A stretch of DNA of 28,224 nucleotides from a virus. Taxonomy: Duplodnaviria > Caudoviricetes. Location of the stretch: positions 1 to 28,224 of IMG/VR virus record IMGVR_UViG_3300020438_000208, one strand, 5' to 3'. Under the pieces are notes generated by a model, which had not been told where the DNA came from, did not search any database, and saw only the letters and a program-made list of their open reading frames with translations. The translations under genes were made by a program, and so were the position numbers. How positions within the stretch are numbered: the first letter of the stretch is position 1; each line of letters opens with the position of its first letter. Shown piece after piece: positions 12,201 to 17,851 of the stretch.

Positions 12201-15035
12201 ATTGCTGGTCAAGGTGGTACAACAACCATTAATAACTCTCTAGAGGTAGCAGCATCTGCTAAGTTTAATTCAAATGTTCATCTATGTGGTGGTAATTCTT
12301 CTGGATATTATGTTGGTGGTAGAGGTCAATTAGGAACTACTATTCAATATCATAACGTTCCTGTTGATCCACTCAATCCAGATAAGAATGTTGACCTTGT
12401 TAATGTATTGGTTACAGGTGTTAATGATCCTGGTTATAACCAGATTAACACTGCTGGTTTCAACTATTGGGGTAGTAACTTCTTCCGTCTTGCTAAGACT
12501 CAAGTTGGTGGTAGTCCAGTGGTTGCACCACAGGATCTTCCTGAGATACCAGTATCAGAAAATGCATTCTATATGCCATTATTGAATTCTCCTGCTGGAT
12601 ATTATACTGTTGGAGATTATATTTTAATTAACAGTCCAATAGTTACTAATGGTCATCCTGAGATAGTTGAAGTTGTTGAGTTAACTAGACCAACTGTTGC
12701 TCCTTACTATATTAAAGTTAAGAGACAACCACTAGGAACATTCACTGCTGCGATTGATACTCATCCAGACTTTACACTACTTTATAAGTGTGAGGTGCAG
12801 TTTAATTCTACTTGGACAACACAAGCAATTGATAATACTGGACCACAAGATGATGTATATCTTGCAGAATTTGGTGGATCATTAGATACTAATGATTATA
12901 TCATTATCGGACGTGATGCTCAAGGAACAATTGGTGAATTTGTTAAAATTGTTGAGATTAAGGATGAAGTAGCACAGACACTTAAAGTTAGTGACTGTGG
13001 TAATCCTGACAAGACAGTATTTGAAGTTAATTCTGTAACAGGAGACACATATATTGGTGGTAAACTTACTATTGATAATTCTGTATCTTTGAGTGGTGGA
13101 TGTGGATCAACAGTAAGACAATTTGGTGATCCTGCTACTAATCAGTTTGTTGGTGATATAATTGCTCCTACTGGTAGTGTTAATGCTACTGGTATTAGTG
13201 GAATTCTTACTGACGATATTGCTAACCTTGAGGTAGGCGATATCATTAAATTAAAATCATATAATGTAGATCAAGTACCTGTAATACCAGTAAACACAAG
13301 AATTACTGAAATTGATACTGATTCTATCACACTTAGTAATGGAATAGGTGCATTATCTGCTATTAATGATGCTGCCTTCTCTGCTTCTAGGAATGAAGAA
13401 GTAACGATTACTAATGGTGCTAGTCAAAACTCATTCTATCTTGATACTTGTACTGCTACTCTAGAAATAGGTAGTCAGCATAGAAGAATTCAGATAGCAA
13501 GATCTCTTCCTGATGTACAAGCATCAGCTGATACAGAAACTGCATTTAGGTCTGTTAAAGAACATATAAGAGCATATTCTTATTGGTTAGATCCAAAGGT
13601 TCTCCAATCTACAGGACCAATTACAGCGTTGTCTGCTAATGCAACTACAGGTACTGTTCCTGGTTCAGTTTATATCCCAGTAGCAAGTCTTGGTGTATCT
13701 GATGGTGCGTTTGTTGCTGGTGATATAGTATTGGTTGGTAATGCTGCTCACATTTCTGGTAGAGGATTAACTGCTGGTGAACAAACGTTTGAGATAATGC
13801 TCATTCAGTCTATTGACGAAGTTAATAAAGTTCTTAGATGTCTTCCTGGTCAAGAGGGAACAACAGAACTTGCTTTAACCAACTATACAGCAGGTAGTAA
13901 CATTACCGTAATGAGGATACTGAAGCATCCTGAAAGTTCTGCTGTATATGATATTCAATCTAGATCAAGAACTATATCTGGTGTGGTTACACCATATGTT
14001 TCTCTTATCTTGGAGAAGGGATATATTGTACAGACTAAACTAGATTATGCTAACTGGGTAAGATTCCATGACACTAGAGAAACTGGTACATTTGATGATC
14101 AGTTCTTCTATGTTGGTGACAGTATAAACAGCACAATCAATAAAGGTTGTCTGTTTGGAAATGTTCATCAGGATGACATGAACGAGTTCACTCATGCTGG
14201 TGTGGTTCCACATCAAACTGGTGATCTTACGGTCAACAAAGACCTTACAATGATTGGTGGTGACATTACTGTTTATGATTCTGTTAAAAAGACAAAATTA
14301 TTTGCGTTCAGAAATGATGATGGTCATGCTGATCACGCAGCAAATATAGACTTTGAAGCTGGTGTCATTGGTAGAGGTACTATTACTCTTTACTCCACAT
14401 CTTGTCCAGAGAACGTAGCAGCAAGTGGATGTGATCCATCATTCTCTGTTGACGTGTTTAGTAATGTTATTGCTGGTAGTACATTTACTATTAGAGGTGA
14501 AGCAGTTCAAGCACCACCTAAGACACCTAAGTTAACTGTTGATAATCTAGGAGTTAGTGGTGCTAATAAGTATGTTATTAACCAAGATCAATCAATTGAT
14601 GCATTTGGTATTAATAACTTTACAACTAAATCTGGTGGTCGTCATGCTAGATATATTGCTACTGGTGCTGACGAGAGTGATAAATATTTAACAGCGAACA
14701 TACAGTACTTTGCTAATATTGCAGTAGGTGATACATTCGTTGTTTACTTACCTGATAATCCTAATAGTGGAGATGAAGTTAGTGTGATTGACGTTGGTGG
14801 TAATCTAACATACAATACATCACTTGTTGTTAGAGCACAGGGTACAGGAACAAGAGTTCAAGGAGATGCAAGTGGAACGAGTTTGGGTATTGAAGGAACT
14901 ACTACATGGGGTTCTGGTGAATTAGTTGTACAAACACCTAACGCTGCATTTACTTTAGTGTATCTTGGAGGAGTTGATTCAGATAATAATGTTGTTGGTG
15001 GGTCTGTTACTGGTTGGTGGCTCAAGGAGGTTTAA
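255..15035 (+). CDS. Giant virion structural protein / fibre (4926 aa) with beta-helix-like N-terminal region and nested repeat arrays
   Basis: Uninterrupted ORF behind a late promoter. The N-terminus (MALTRLDNL...LYVSPDDFNASD...GNSPIRPFKSIQRA) and the HTFEYLGFGPGNYSTGLP block resemble large cyanomyovirus structural proteins. The C-terminal LPDNPNSGDEVSVIDVGGN...LVY...GWWLKEV resembles the small beta domains of T4 gp34/gp9-like proteins. Exact role on the virion is not determinable here. Confidence 0.85.
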   Translation: MALTRLDNLISSKTGKYLYVSPDDFNASDELNNRGNSPIRPFKSIQRAFIEIARYSYLPGRDNDRYDQFTIMLMPGKHYIDNRPGLIDSSGIDAFQFDQALSEWTDSSSLDISDPNNILYKFNNTEGGAIIPRGSSLVGYDLRRTTVHPLYVPDPADMLEKRSAIFNVTGGCYFWQFTIRDGDLEPSSPLYDTNDGIGKVYNQTPPAGSPGTAWTQLEIPNFSHHKLTVFEYAAKEELGIYYQKVAKAFSQYQPTIDDAGEFGDRIQETRIVGPLSDLRSIESIKCTDLTGLNAGQIEVEVTTKVQHGYFKSQFIAIENNGLDEELNGTFSINEISDSDLRVFTYRISGTVAALGSTTNLVSGVSYSAANGLDGNAVVKAEVDSVESASPYVFNCSIRSTWGICGIWANGLKATGFKSMVIAQYTGVSLQKDDRAFIRYDEYTNTFNQASLTDAFATVPYHTKGDAFWKDDWRNFHVRASDDSFIQCVSIFAVGFADHFLMESGGDMSITNSNSNFGNTSLHAIGHKGYSFNQDKGGYITDIIPPQVVSTSSGNVKKNAYYTIDVQASNDINNHTKLYVGDDLAYDPKKRPAATIDGYRIGAKLDDEIKVKLQPNDTGFNEYSSTLTPTGFDKFTVSAEILNPSGYTPNNANLDTANRIEANKEFIAYEAYGYILGKYPNLKINDNIEIVKCRRDIGYLLGATIQDLRLGGNINTIQAAESYYVQTQGTSELSYITGELTETLEAYDYARDLAIAASRNFVYLRQGCETVATSSLVNVGDTSGIVQGMTVADYAPSEFDDSQGNYKGQLKENATRPNSPVIPDNTFVKRVVDSATIELGVKNLTGEKKVFSNRHGDAANLIEANRAFIAAEAFDRMSTFDFPGYTSPTGYTSQDCLDDISDALKAIEQNIAFGGNAETWDAAYHYDSGAVAYLDAKKDETIRCFEYAKDMAIQVMRKEDVFVFGSHGLTQVKTTAQLNSSNTAIADASDPITNVAPDPVNDKAGDARNLILANADLIAHESVERMLLQSSTEKFTPTAAAYNPASGDLTLTINSHGLTGATTLSASDADYTASTGVLTITSNGHSMVEGERVHITDGSLTFTCGMDSNTTTHAYPRATDPVSGKWLEISNVTTNTFDVHVGDSPIVSFTPTAADYNPTTGVMELTVGAHGLTAGTNIKIAQDSLTFTCDQDSNATNHTYPRATDPIINGVAIQSVTANTITVQVLASAPSTNVTNHTFVSSSANSVVTGGDYVHQFSTATASGIKRENDAIRIDYNALTFTCGMDGNGSQHTYPRVSDPAGGALLAVGDTTANTVTVNVGKSVEKTYDVGDATYNHTTGDLTLSISNHKLLKGQSIRLADNSITFTCGQDANATNHSYPRSTDPAYQTALPITSVGSSNHTATGATYEPSNGVLELTVANHGFTNGDRIKISEGSLTFTCSFDNNLTEHAYPRLSDPKNDKWLTVSDATVNTFKVNVDAAGADQQYTPTDAAYDPATGDLTLTIGSHALSQGDGITIDNDSLSFTCTMDGNQVAQTYPRAGKDQASGRSLPIKSITGTSVTVNVGVAGDDKYFQPTAGTYNAATGEMVLTVGQHGFAVGSDITLKDNSLTFSCDKDGNATNHSYPRPGTDPYAGKSISVTAVGSTSHTATGAVYTPTTGALLLSIANHGFSNGDYIQIADDSLTFTCELDGDTAQKSYPRTGFDYPSGRWLKISNVVANAFEVNVGISSDTSNHSFVSATASGITRQDGTFTINVGFDADANNQYAHTFVSALADAVEYEPQSLHTFVSAGANSVKHLPQSAHTFKRGATGGILKQGGTITVNVNVGASGQQYPHTFVSATSGAVISGGQYPHTFVSAVTDSIHKIFYVGGTNPASKIYHSKDCVDDVVDVLKAVADNVAYGGNDKTWDAAYSYKTGNHVVGEESETNVVFDYAKELAALVSRNQKILTIGSHGLTQSINSQITTDFAQTADNKGGDAYNLIQSNKEFIAEEAYERMILNNAGFLPPTGNPQDCIDDIADFVNEVSYNVGFGGNDRTWDMANLYVTGAHVAGEEEQTLAAFKDATEIMIQVMRNEKVLVIGSHGGTQTYDNSITSYVANPINNKVADARDLIISNKNFVAEIALGRMIAQYPSYTWQTGYSSTDCLDDLKDVVDVVAHNLAYGGNDRVWDAANMYVAGAHAAGSENETIYAFNQVRDLIRQVMTNEAVTVGGHTSLAQATDTSITDGVTNGDCDAPKATVTSLVQILTNTISTPSSLLSVTRTGATYKCPTVESAINTLSDIVTNAISTPESLAPIARVRSAGKCEDVRNSIDTLFTIIQNTITTPTSLNSITRSSSNGSCQNVASTISTLFGILTTTINDVTSANPTGYLNSIERKTSPEGISFGASVNPNTTTTNSYLWFTLPAGIYADPTLFTPSTDTSITIDAGYPQCNSQSDAVRQFFANIKTIIQNGLNSVPRAQAASVGALSNRATLWKIAGTNPHGLETGTAVRLVPRPKAGFDVDKRKVRLPNGFETNEKYYIIASGRDTLPENYSGVSQFDGTENSQVYFMLASSIENAAAGIYLHSAEVEAIDPYVEIDVYQFILDDKYDLHQYGCKMDGVVPSGIRTDIPNIFDVPHSNTGSPAKPPTSHKVFFREDTDNIKKLPSVSGTYALDPAVTFQSGSKQGKIRDDKFFYVRYENAKVFTVYKTADLAVQGQIKIDFAPDSGNTYGFFVFADKRQSPMRFDPSFDNPNATEMGKWYLNVKPNSDGANTNTSMEILARLHTQAYNQNSGQDKTNDTFFERITDDREADERIYRFRYVIPKYLKSVRDPLNGFTIKVRKDETRKLLPQKIVLKPITGTAVAQFANPNQSNEKIGFTQADFDDTTNNVNEDNQYDPYRKVLDSDPVGSTFIKRVATTNYIGMTVQSGNYFTEQSSGDTLLELTVFDPSIDNAALANEKLTTVKITAPEGGSTATGFTFSKDIKQDDNTQPTFNKVVWNAPHATGYAYIHAVCEVPGTPSEWHLILKGVVNTTGKLLFSESDNIRFEQGTVYADLKSDPDGGKSLDTKDLIAKNLPQYYYKQLAASVYTVTPGDIIPDDTGNQYRIISVEDVGEIDDTFYIFNVQEIKKRIFEQQEGVYYITAVRGNHSPFPTGAGNQGNFRNFKFSQPISKLYPLNYKNDPLWYQHPKLEPAAIDPPATYSAADNYVHGLVKVNDFKGSMTKEAVVDFTNTSALVNYSYTGTNSLKAQTGNASSGSEDRLIPITGDNTVLSRQKLYVELRRPSIARAGNHTFEYLGFGPGNYSTGLPARQEVVLTTTQDFYAQSKKQDGGLVFYTGLNSNGDLYIGNRKIDAITGEEVFLERAALVDSEDDGEDLGSLVTTFDTPVTFNKNITVNGGDDQNMVNRFNSPVEVNVLGTIGKDALIIQSNVSTNAADNEDQSLDRTSQFLNSDTKGDVVISKNRIAASVFQFNPRGSNGAAQGYRIQNHVVGLLGSNVTPNQTALFVNGGTALYPEQNVSYSFAGAPLTGDMLLKGEEVGKSGSLGWIYANYYADIANASVYSLQPESTTVAGRKIRIDWNGLTNQSIGLTSGSQIRISGMLDNVFNDTFNIIPSTFNKNNTYVEFNLDIGNERSDISGDNVRLWSTEVSLNNPSLLMEYSNSSWKEFGVIGAEAIRSNVDFIGEYKVGINTVARAEHQSAKNAWTELATEPRANLDVVGTAFISGKTFDNTNWLTNSVLGNRTESSVDNAFLVGGDSRPGVDANNVPLQDNEATLRVSTTNGGRVGINVTNTQLNGSADSGVYNAALAVDGSGFISQNLRVENDLAVNGGGGGNIANLTTLITTGTFEFVNDTAFKGIAATTSVAGSNGLKMAGYLHNIEIGNATTDIQDIKIGNTSASSTVTLGATPDGNIPSGFTNSTDISLVTIGGAYNSLESSSETRIGTKSFKIYGDVWLGWRRTPTDASQTVDFKSKATVVNFLSNSGGPSTLNFATKASDVNIAGQGGTTTINNSLEVAASAKFNSNVHLCGGNSSGYYVGGRGQLGTTIQYHNVPVDPLNPDKNVDLVNVLVTGVNDPGYNQINTAGFNYWGSNFFRLAKTQVGGSPVVAPQDLPEIPVSENAFYMPLLNSPAGYYTVGDYILINSPIVTNGHPEIVEVVELTRPTVAPYYIKVKRQPLGTFTAAIDTHPDFTLLYKCEVQFNSTWTTQAIDNTGPQDDVYLAEFGGSLDTNDYIIIGRDAQGTIGEFVKIVEIKDEVAQTLKVSDCGNPDKTVFEVNSVTGDTYIGGKLTIDNSVSLSGGCGSTVRQFGDPATNQFVGDIIAPTGSVNATGISGILTDDIANLEVGDIIKLKSYNVDQVPVIPVNTRITEIDTDSITLSNGIGALSAINDAAFSASRNEEVTITNGASQNSFYLDTCTATLEIGSQHRRIQIARSLPDVQASADTETAFRSVKEHIRAYSYWLDPKVLQSTGPITALSANATTGTVPGSVYIPVASLGVSDGAFVAGDIVLVGNAAHISGRGLTAGEQTFEIMLIQSIDEVNKVLRCLPGQEGTTELALTNYTAGSNITVMRILKHPESSAVYDIQSRSRTISGVVTPYVSLILEKGYIVQTKLDYANWVRFHDTRETGTFDDQFFYVGDSINSTINKGCLFGNVHQDDMNEFTHAGVVPHQTGDLTVNKDLTMIGGDITVYDSVKKTKLFAFRNDDGHADHAANIDFEAGVIGRGTITLYSTSCPENVAASGCDPSFSVDVFSNVIAGSTFTIRGEAVQAPPKTPKLTVDNLGVSGANKYVINQDQSIDAFGINNFTTKSGGRHARYIATGADESDKYLTANIQYFANIAVGDTFVVYLPDNPNSGDEVSVIDVGGNLTYNTSLVVRAQGTGTRVQGDASGTSLGIEGTTTWGSGELVVQTPNAAFTLVYLGGVDSDNNVVGGSVTGWWLKEV
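2202..7631 (+). repeat. Five helical repeat units (DA.NLI..N..FIA.EA...C.DD...GGN..TWDAA..Y) with five displaced closing helices
   Basis: Unit bodies start at ~2202, 2811, 3255, 6171 and 6561. Cys-led amphipathic closing helices have Cys codons at 6951, 7059, 7167, 7275 and 7548. Confidence 0.85.
3354..5849 (+). repeat. Eight ~100-aa beta-rich repeat units (Y.P.TG.L.LT...HG...G..I.I...SLTFTC..D....H.YPR..DP...TVNVG...HTFVSA)
   Basis: The translation shows eight F[TS]C..D/YPR cores and eight H.F closing strands. The array interrupts the third helical repeat between ERMLLQSS and DCVDD. Confidence 0.9.
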
Positions 15036-15038
15036 TCA

Positions 15039-16463
15039 ATGGCAAGTTATAATCGTATTAAGGCAGCTCAGCATGTGCCTATTGGTACTATCATGCCTTG
15101 GACTGGTAGTTCGGGTACTGGAGACGAAGGAATAGCAGCTGGTTGGTTGATATGTAATGGATCTAAGAAAGGTTTATATGCTCGTGATTATCCTCTTCTT
15201 GCTAGGGTAGTCAAGAATACATATGGACCTTTTCCAGATCCAAATAACCCATCAGAACAGATTGGTGTTAATTTAGGAATAGTAAATGATTTTCCATATA
15301 ATCCACCTATCGGACACCCCGATCATGATGATACTAAACATGTTGATCAATTTGATTTACCTAATCTAAATCAGATTGCATTGATTGACATTGAGTCAAC
15401 TAGATTATCCAATGATGATTTAATTGTTGTTGGTAATTATCTTAGTACTAATGGTATGGAAGGAACTCAAGCACCAACATTAGTTAGAAGTGGTATAGAT
15501 CTTATATTTGATATTGAACCATCAAATACTCTTTCAGGTAGGATAACTGGTTTACTCATGGAAGATCCAGTATATTTTACAAGTGTGTATACTGTTCCTA
15601 GAAAATTAGGTATTGATCATACACCAGCTCATAGTCACAGACCAATGAGTGATGATTCTTTTGATCAATTCTATAGTGCATTTCCACAAGCATCTCCTGT
15701 ATTAGAATTTGTTCCAGGTAGAGCATTACCCGATCAATCTAATATTGTTTCAGTAGCACCAGTTGGACAGAAAAATAATGCTGATGCACCACATGCTTTT
15801 TCTACTCCTGGTGTAGCAAGAGTTACTTGGTATGATGGTGTAACTGAAAATTCTCATATAGGTGGAGAAACGAGTCAAATAGTACAAATTAACAAGACTA
15901 AATTACCAGATACAAACGTCTATCCTGGAACCCCTGCTCAAACAAGAACTATACCTCAAGCACATACATTAGTATCAGCTTATAGTGATGATTATAGTGG
16001 TGTTACAGACGTTGCTGTAGATGCTTTAACTGGATCATTTCCACCACCAGGAAGATATAGTGGTCAGAGAAACTATTATGCTTCTCCAGACATACCTGAT
16101 GTTCATAGAGGTGCTGATATGGGTGATGATTATATTGAGGATATGGTATATGATCCTGCTACTCAATCTCAACCTATAAATACTAATGGACCTTTTGCTC
16201 CTGCTGTGAATACTGGTAATACATTTACTACTACACTTAATCATGATGCAGAAAGATTTGCAAGTGCTGCTTTAAGATCTCACAGACATGATGCTATGGA
16301 GATATCAATGACTAAAGGAAGTTTAGGAATATCAACAACTACTTTAGTTAACAATGTGTCAACAGGAACAACATCGCCAGTATCGGTTGATAGTGCAATG
16401 ACAGTAACTATTAATCCAAATACACCCTCACAAACAATGATTTATATGATGAGGGCTTGGTAA
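15039..16463 (+). CDS. Tail-collar domain fibre protein (gp12/short-fibre-like), 474 aa
   Basis: Collar motifs PIGTIMPW, GWLICNG, YPLLARVV and FDLPNL; two HxH motifs (15630, 16281); C-terminal MIYMMRAW; SD AAGGAGG at 15024-15030. Confidence 0.85.
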   Translation: MASYNRIKAAQHVPIGTIMPWTGSSGTGDEGIAAGWLICNGSKKGLYARDYPLLARVVKNTYGPFPDPNNPSEQIGVNLGIVNDFPYNPPIGHPDHDDTKHVDQFDLPNLNQIALIDIESTRLSNDDLIVVGNYLSTNGMEGTQAPTLVRSGIDLIFDIEPSNTLSGRITGLLMEDPVYFTSVYTVPRKLGIDHTPAHSHRPMSDDSFDQFYSAFPQASPVLEFVPGRALPDQSNIVSVAPVGQKNNADAPHAFSTPGVARVTWYDGVTENSHIGGETSQIVQINKTKLPDTNVYPGTPAQTRTIPQAHTLVSAYSDDYSGVTDVAVDALTGSFPPPGRYSGQRNYYASPDIPDVHRGADMGDDYIEDMVYDPATQSQPINTNGPFAPAVNTGNTFTTTLNHDAERFASAALRSHRHDAMEISMTKGSLGISTTTLVNNVSTGTTSPVSVDSAMTVTINPNTPSQTMIYMMRAW

Positions 16464-17851
16464 TGGCAGTATTCTATAATAAACAAAAAGGAATACATGG
16501 ATCATTAACTGGTACTATTATATCTTTTCCAGTTGAAGTTAACACAGAAGATCCAGCACAGTCTGTTGCTAGAGCAAAACTACCAGCAGGGTATATGAGG
16601 TGTGATGGTAGAGTTTTAACTAATGAAGACTATCCAATGTTAGCAGTTGTATTGGGTACAGGTGAAACATCTAAATTTAAAAAAACATCTCAAACATTAT
16701 CGGATGATCAATTCCAACTACCAGATTTAAGAAGTAAACATATTAGAGCAACTACATCATCCAACATTGGTACTTTTAATGATCTTACTGTAACAGATTC
16801 TGCTGGCAATGAGCAAGTAAAATCTGGTGTTCAATTAGATGTATTGTTGAATGTTGATACTCCATTTACATTGAATTATAATGGATCATTTTATATTCCA
16901 CCTCAAACACAGGAATTAAGAGGAGAACCATCCTTTGCTGTTGAGACAGGTTCATATACATTCTATGCTGAAGTTCCTGCAAATGGATTTCAACCACATA
17001 TGCATAGAACTAATACTCAAAGAGCAAGACAAGTAGATGCAGGTGGAAATCATTTTAGTTCTAGACAAATAAACTCAGTTAGAACCAAAAGTACATTGAA
17101 TGTATGTAAGTGGTGGGAGTATGCTAAACAGGATTTATGTTACTGGTATTATACTGGTGTTGTAGCACCTGGATCAGGTGGTAGGAATGTGGAACCTACT
17201 TCATATGAAGATCAATACGGTGCGTGTTGGAATTCTTGTTCTAATTTTATTCAACAAGGATTGTGTTTATGGCCAGACAGTACAACATGTGATAATGTTC
17301 CTATAGATAGGTGGCATGTACGTGCTGGAAATAATGGTTGTAATCATGGTAACGTTCCACCTTTTCCTGGATATGGTGATACAACATGGGGTGCTGTAAC
17401 ATATCCTCGTACTTATACACACTCATGTGTTTGTACTTCTCCTATTCAAATTTTTGGATGTCCTGGTGGTATTAATGGTTCAACCATAGAAGATGTTAAG
17501 AATGGTCCTGGAAATGATGGATGGACTACACTGGAAGCAGGACTACCAACTGATCTACAAGGTGATATAAATTTACCAATGGCTCCATTGGATGATGCTT
17601 ATCAAGTTGGTTATGCTGCTGTTAGTAATGTTCATAGTTTAACAGGTGAGTGGGGAAATGATGGTAATCACAGACATAGATTAGACTTCAATTCTGATAT
17701 TGCCCATACTTTTGTTATGAATACAAGAGCATCTACTGCTAGAGCAGATGCTGGTCTTGTGTCTAAAATCACTTTAGCAACAAACGATGCTCCAAAAGCA
17801 GATAAATATATACAACCATACGTTGTAACAGAGTATTTTATTAAGATCTGA
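16463..17851 (+). CDS. Tail-collar domain fibre protein with Cys-rich tip, ~462 aa
   Basis: Collar motifs TGTIISF, PAGYMRCDG, YPMLAVVLG and FQLPDLR; HxH at 16997 and 17669; C-terminal QPYVVTEYFIKI. Start placed at ATG 16463 (TAATG overlap) rather than TTG 16457. Confidence 0.85.
   Translation: MAVFYNKQKGIHGSLTGTIISFPVEVNTEDPAQSVARAKLPAGYMRCDGRVLTNEDYPMLAVVLGTGETSKFKKTSQTLSDDQFQLPDLRSKHIRATTSSNIGTFNDLTVTDSAGNEQVKSGVQLDVLLNVDTPFTLNYNGSFYIPPQTQELRGEPSFAVETGSYTFYAEVPANGFQPHMHRTNTQRARQVDAGGNHFSSRQINSVRTKSTLNVCKWWEYAKQDLCYWYYTGVVAPGSGGRNVEPTSYEDQYGACWNSCSNFIQQGLCLWPDSTTCDNVPIDRWHVRAGNNGCNHGNVPPFPGYGDTTWGAVTYPRTYTHSCVCTSPIQIFGCPGGINGSTIEDVKNGPGNDGWTTLEAGLPTDLQGDINLPMAPLDDAYQVGYAAVSNVHSLTGEWGNDGNHRHRLDFNSDIAHTFVMNTRASTARADAGLVSKITLATNDAPKADKYIQPYVVTEYFIKI

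Noticed and set aside
16175-16182. Internal TATAAATA within the first collar gene
   Set aside because: It lies in coding sequence (P-I-N-T codons) about 280 nt before the next start and could occur by chance in AT-rich DNA. TSS data would be needed.
16457-16462. TTG start for the second collar gene given by the ORF track
   Set aside because: The ATG at 16463 overlaps the upstream stop (TAATG) like other junctions here and gives MAVFYN, similar to the MASYN and MATYK starts of its paralogues.
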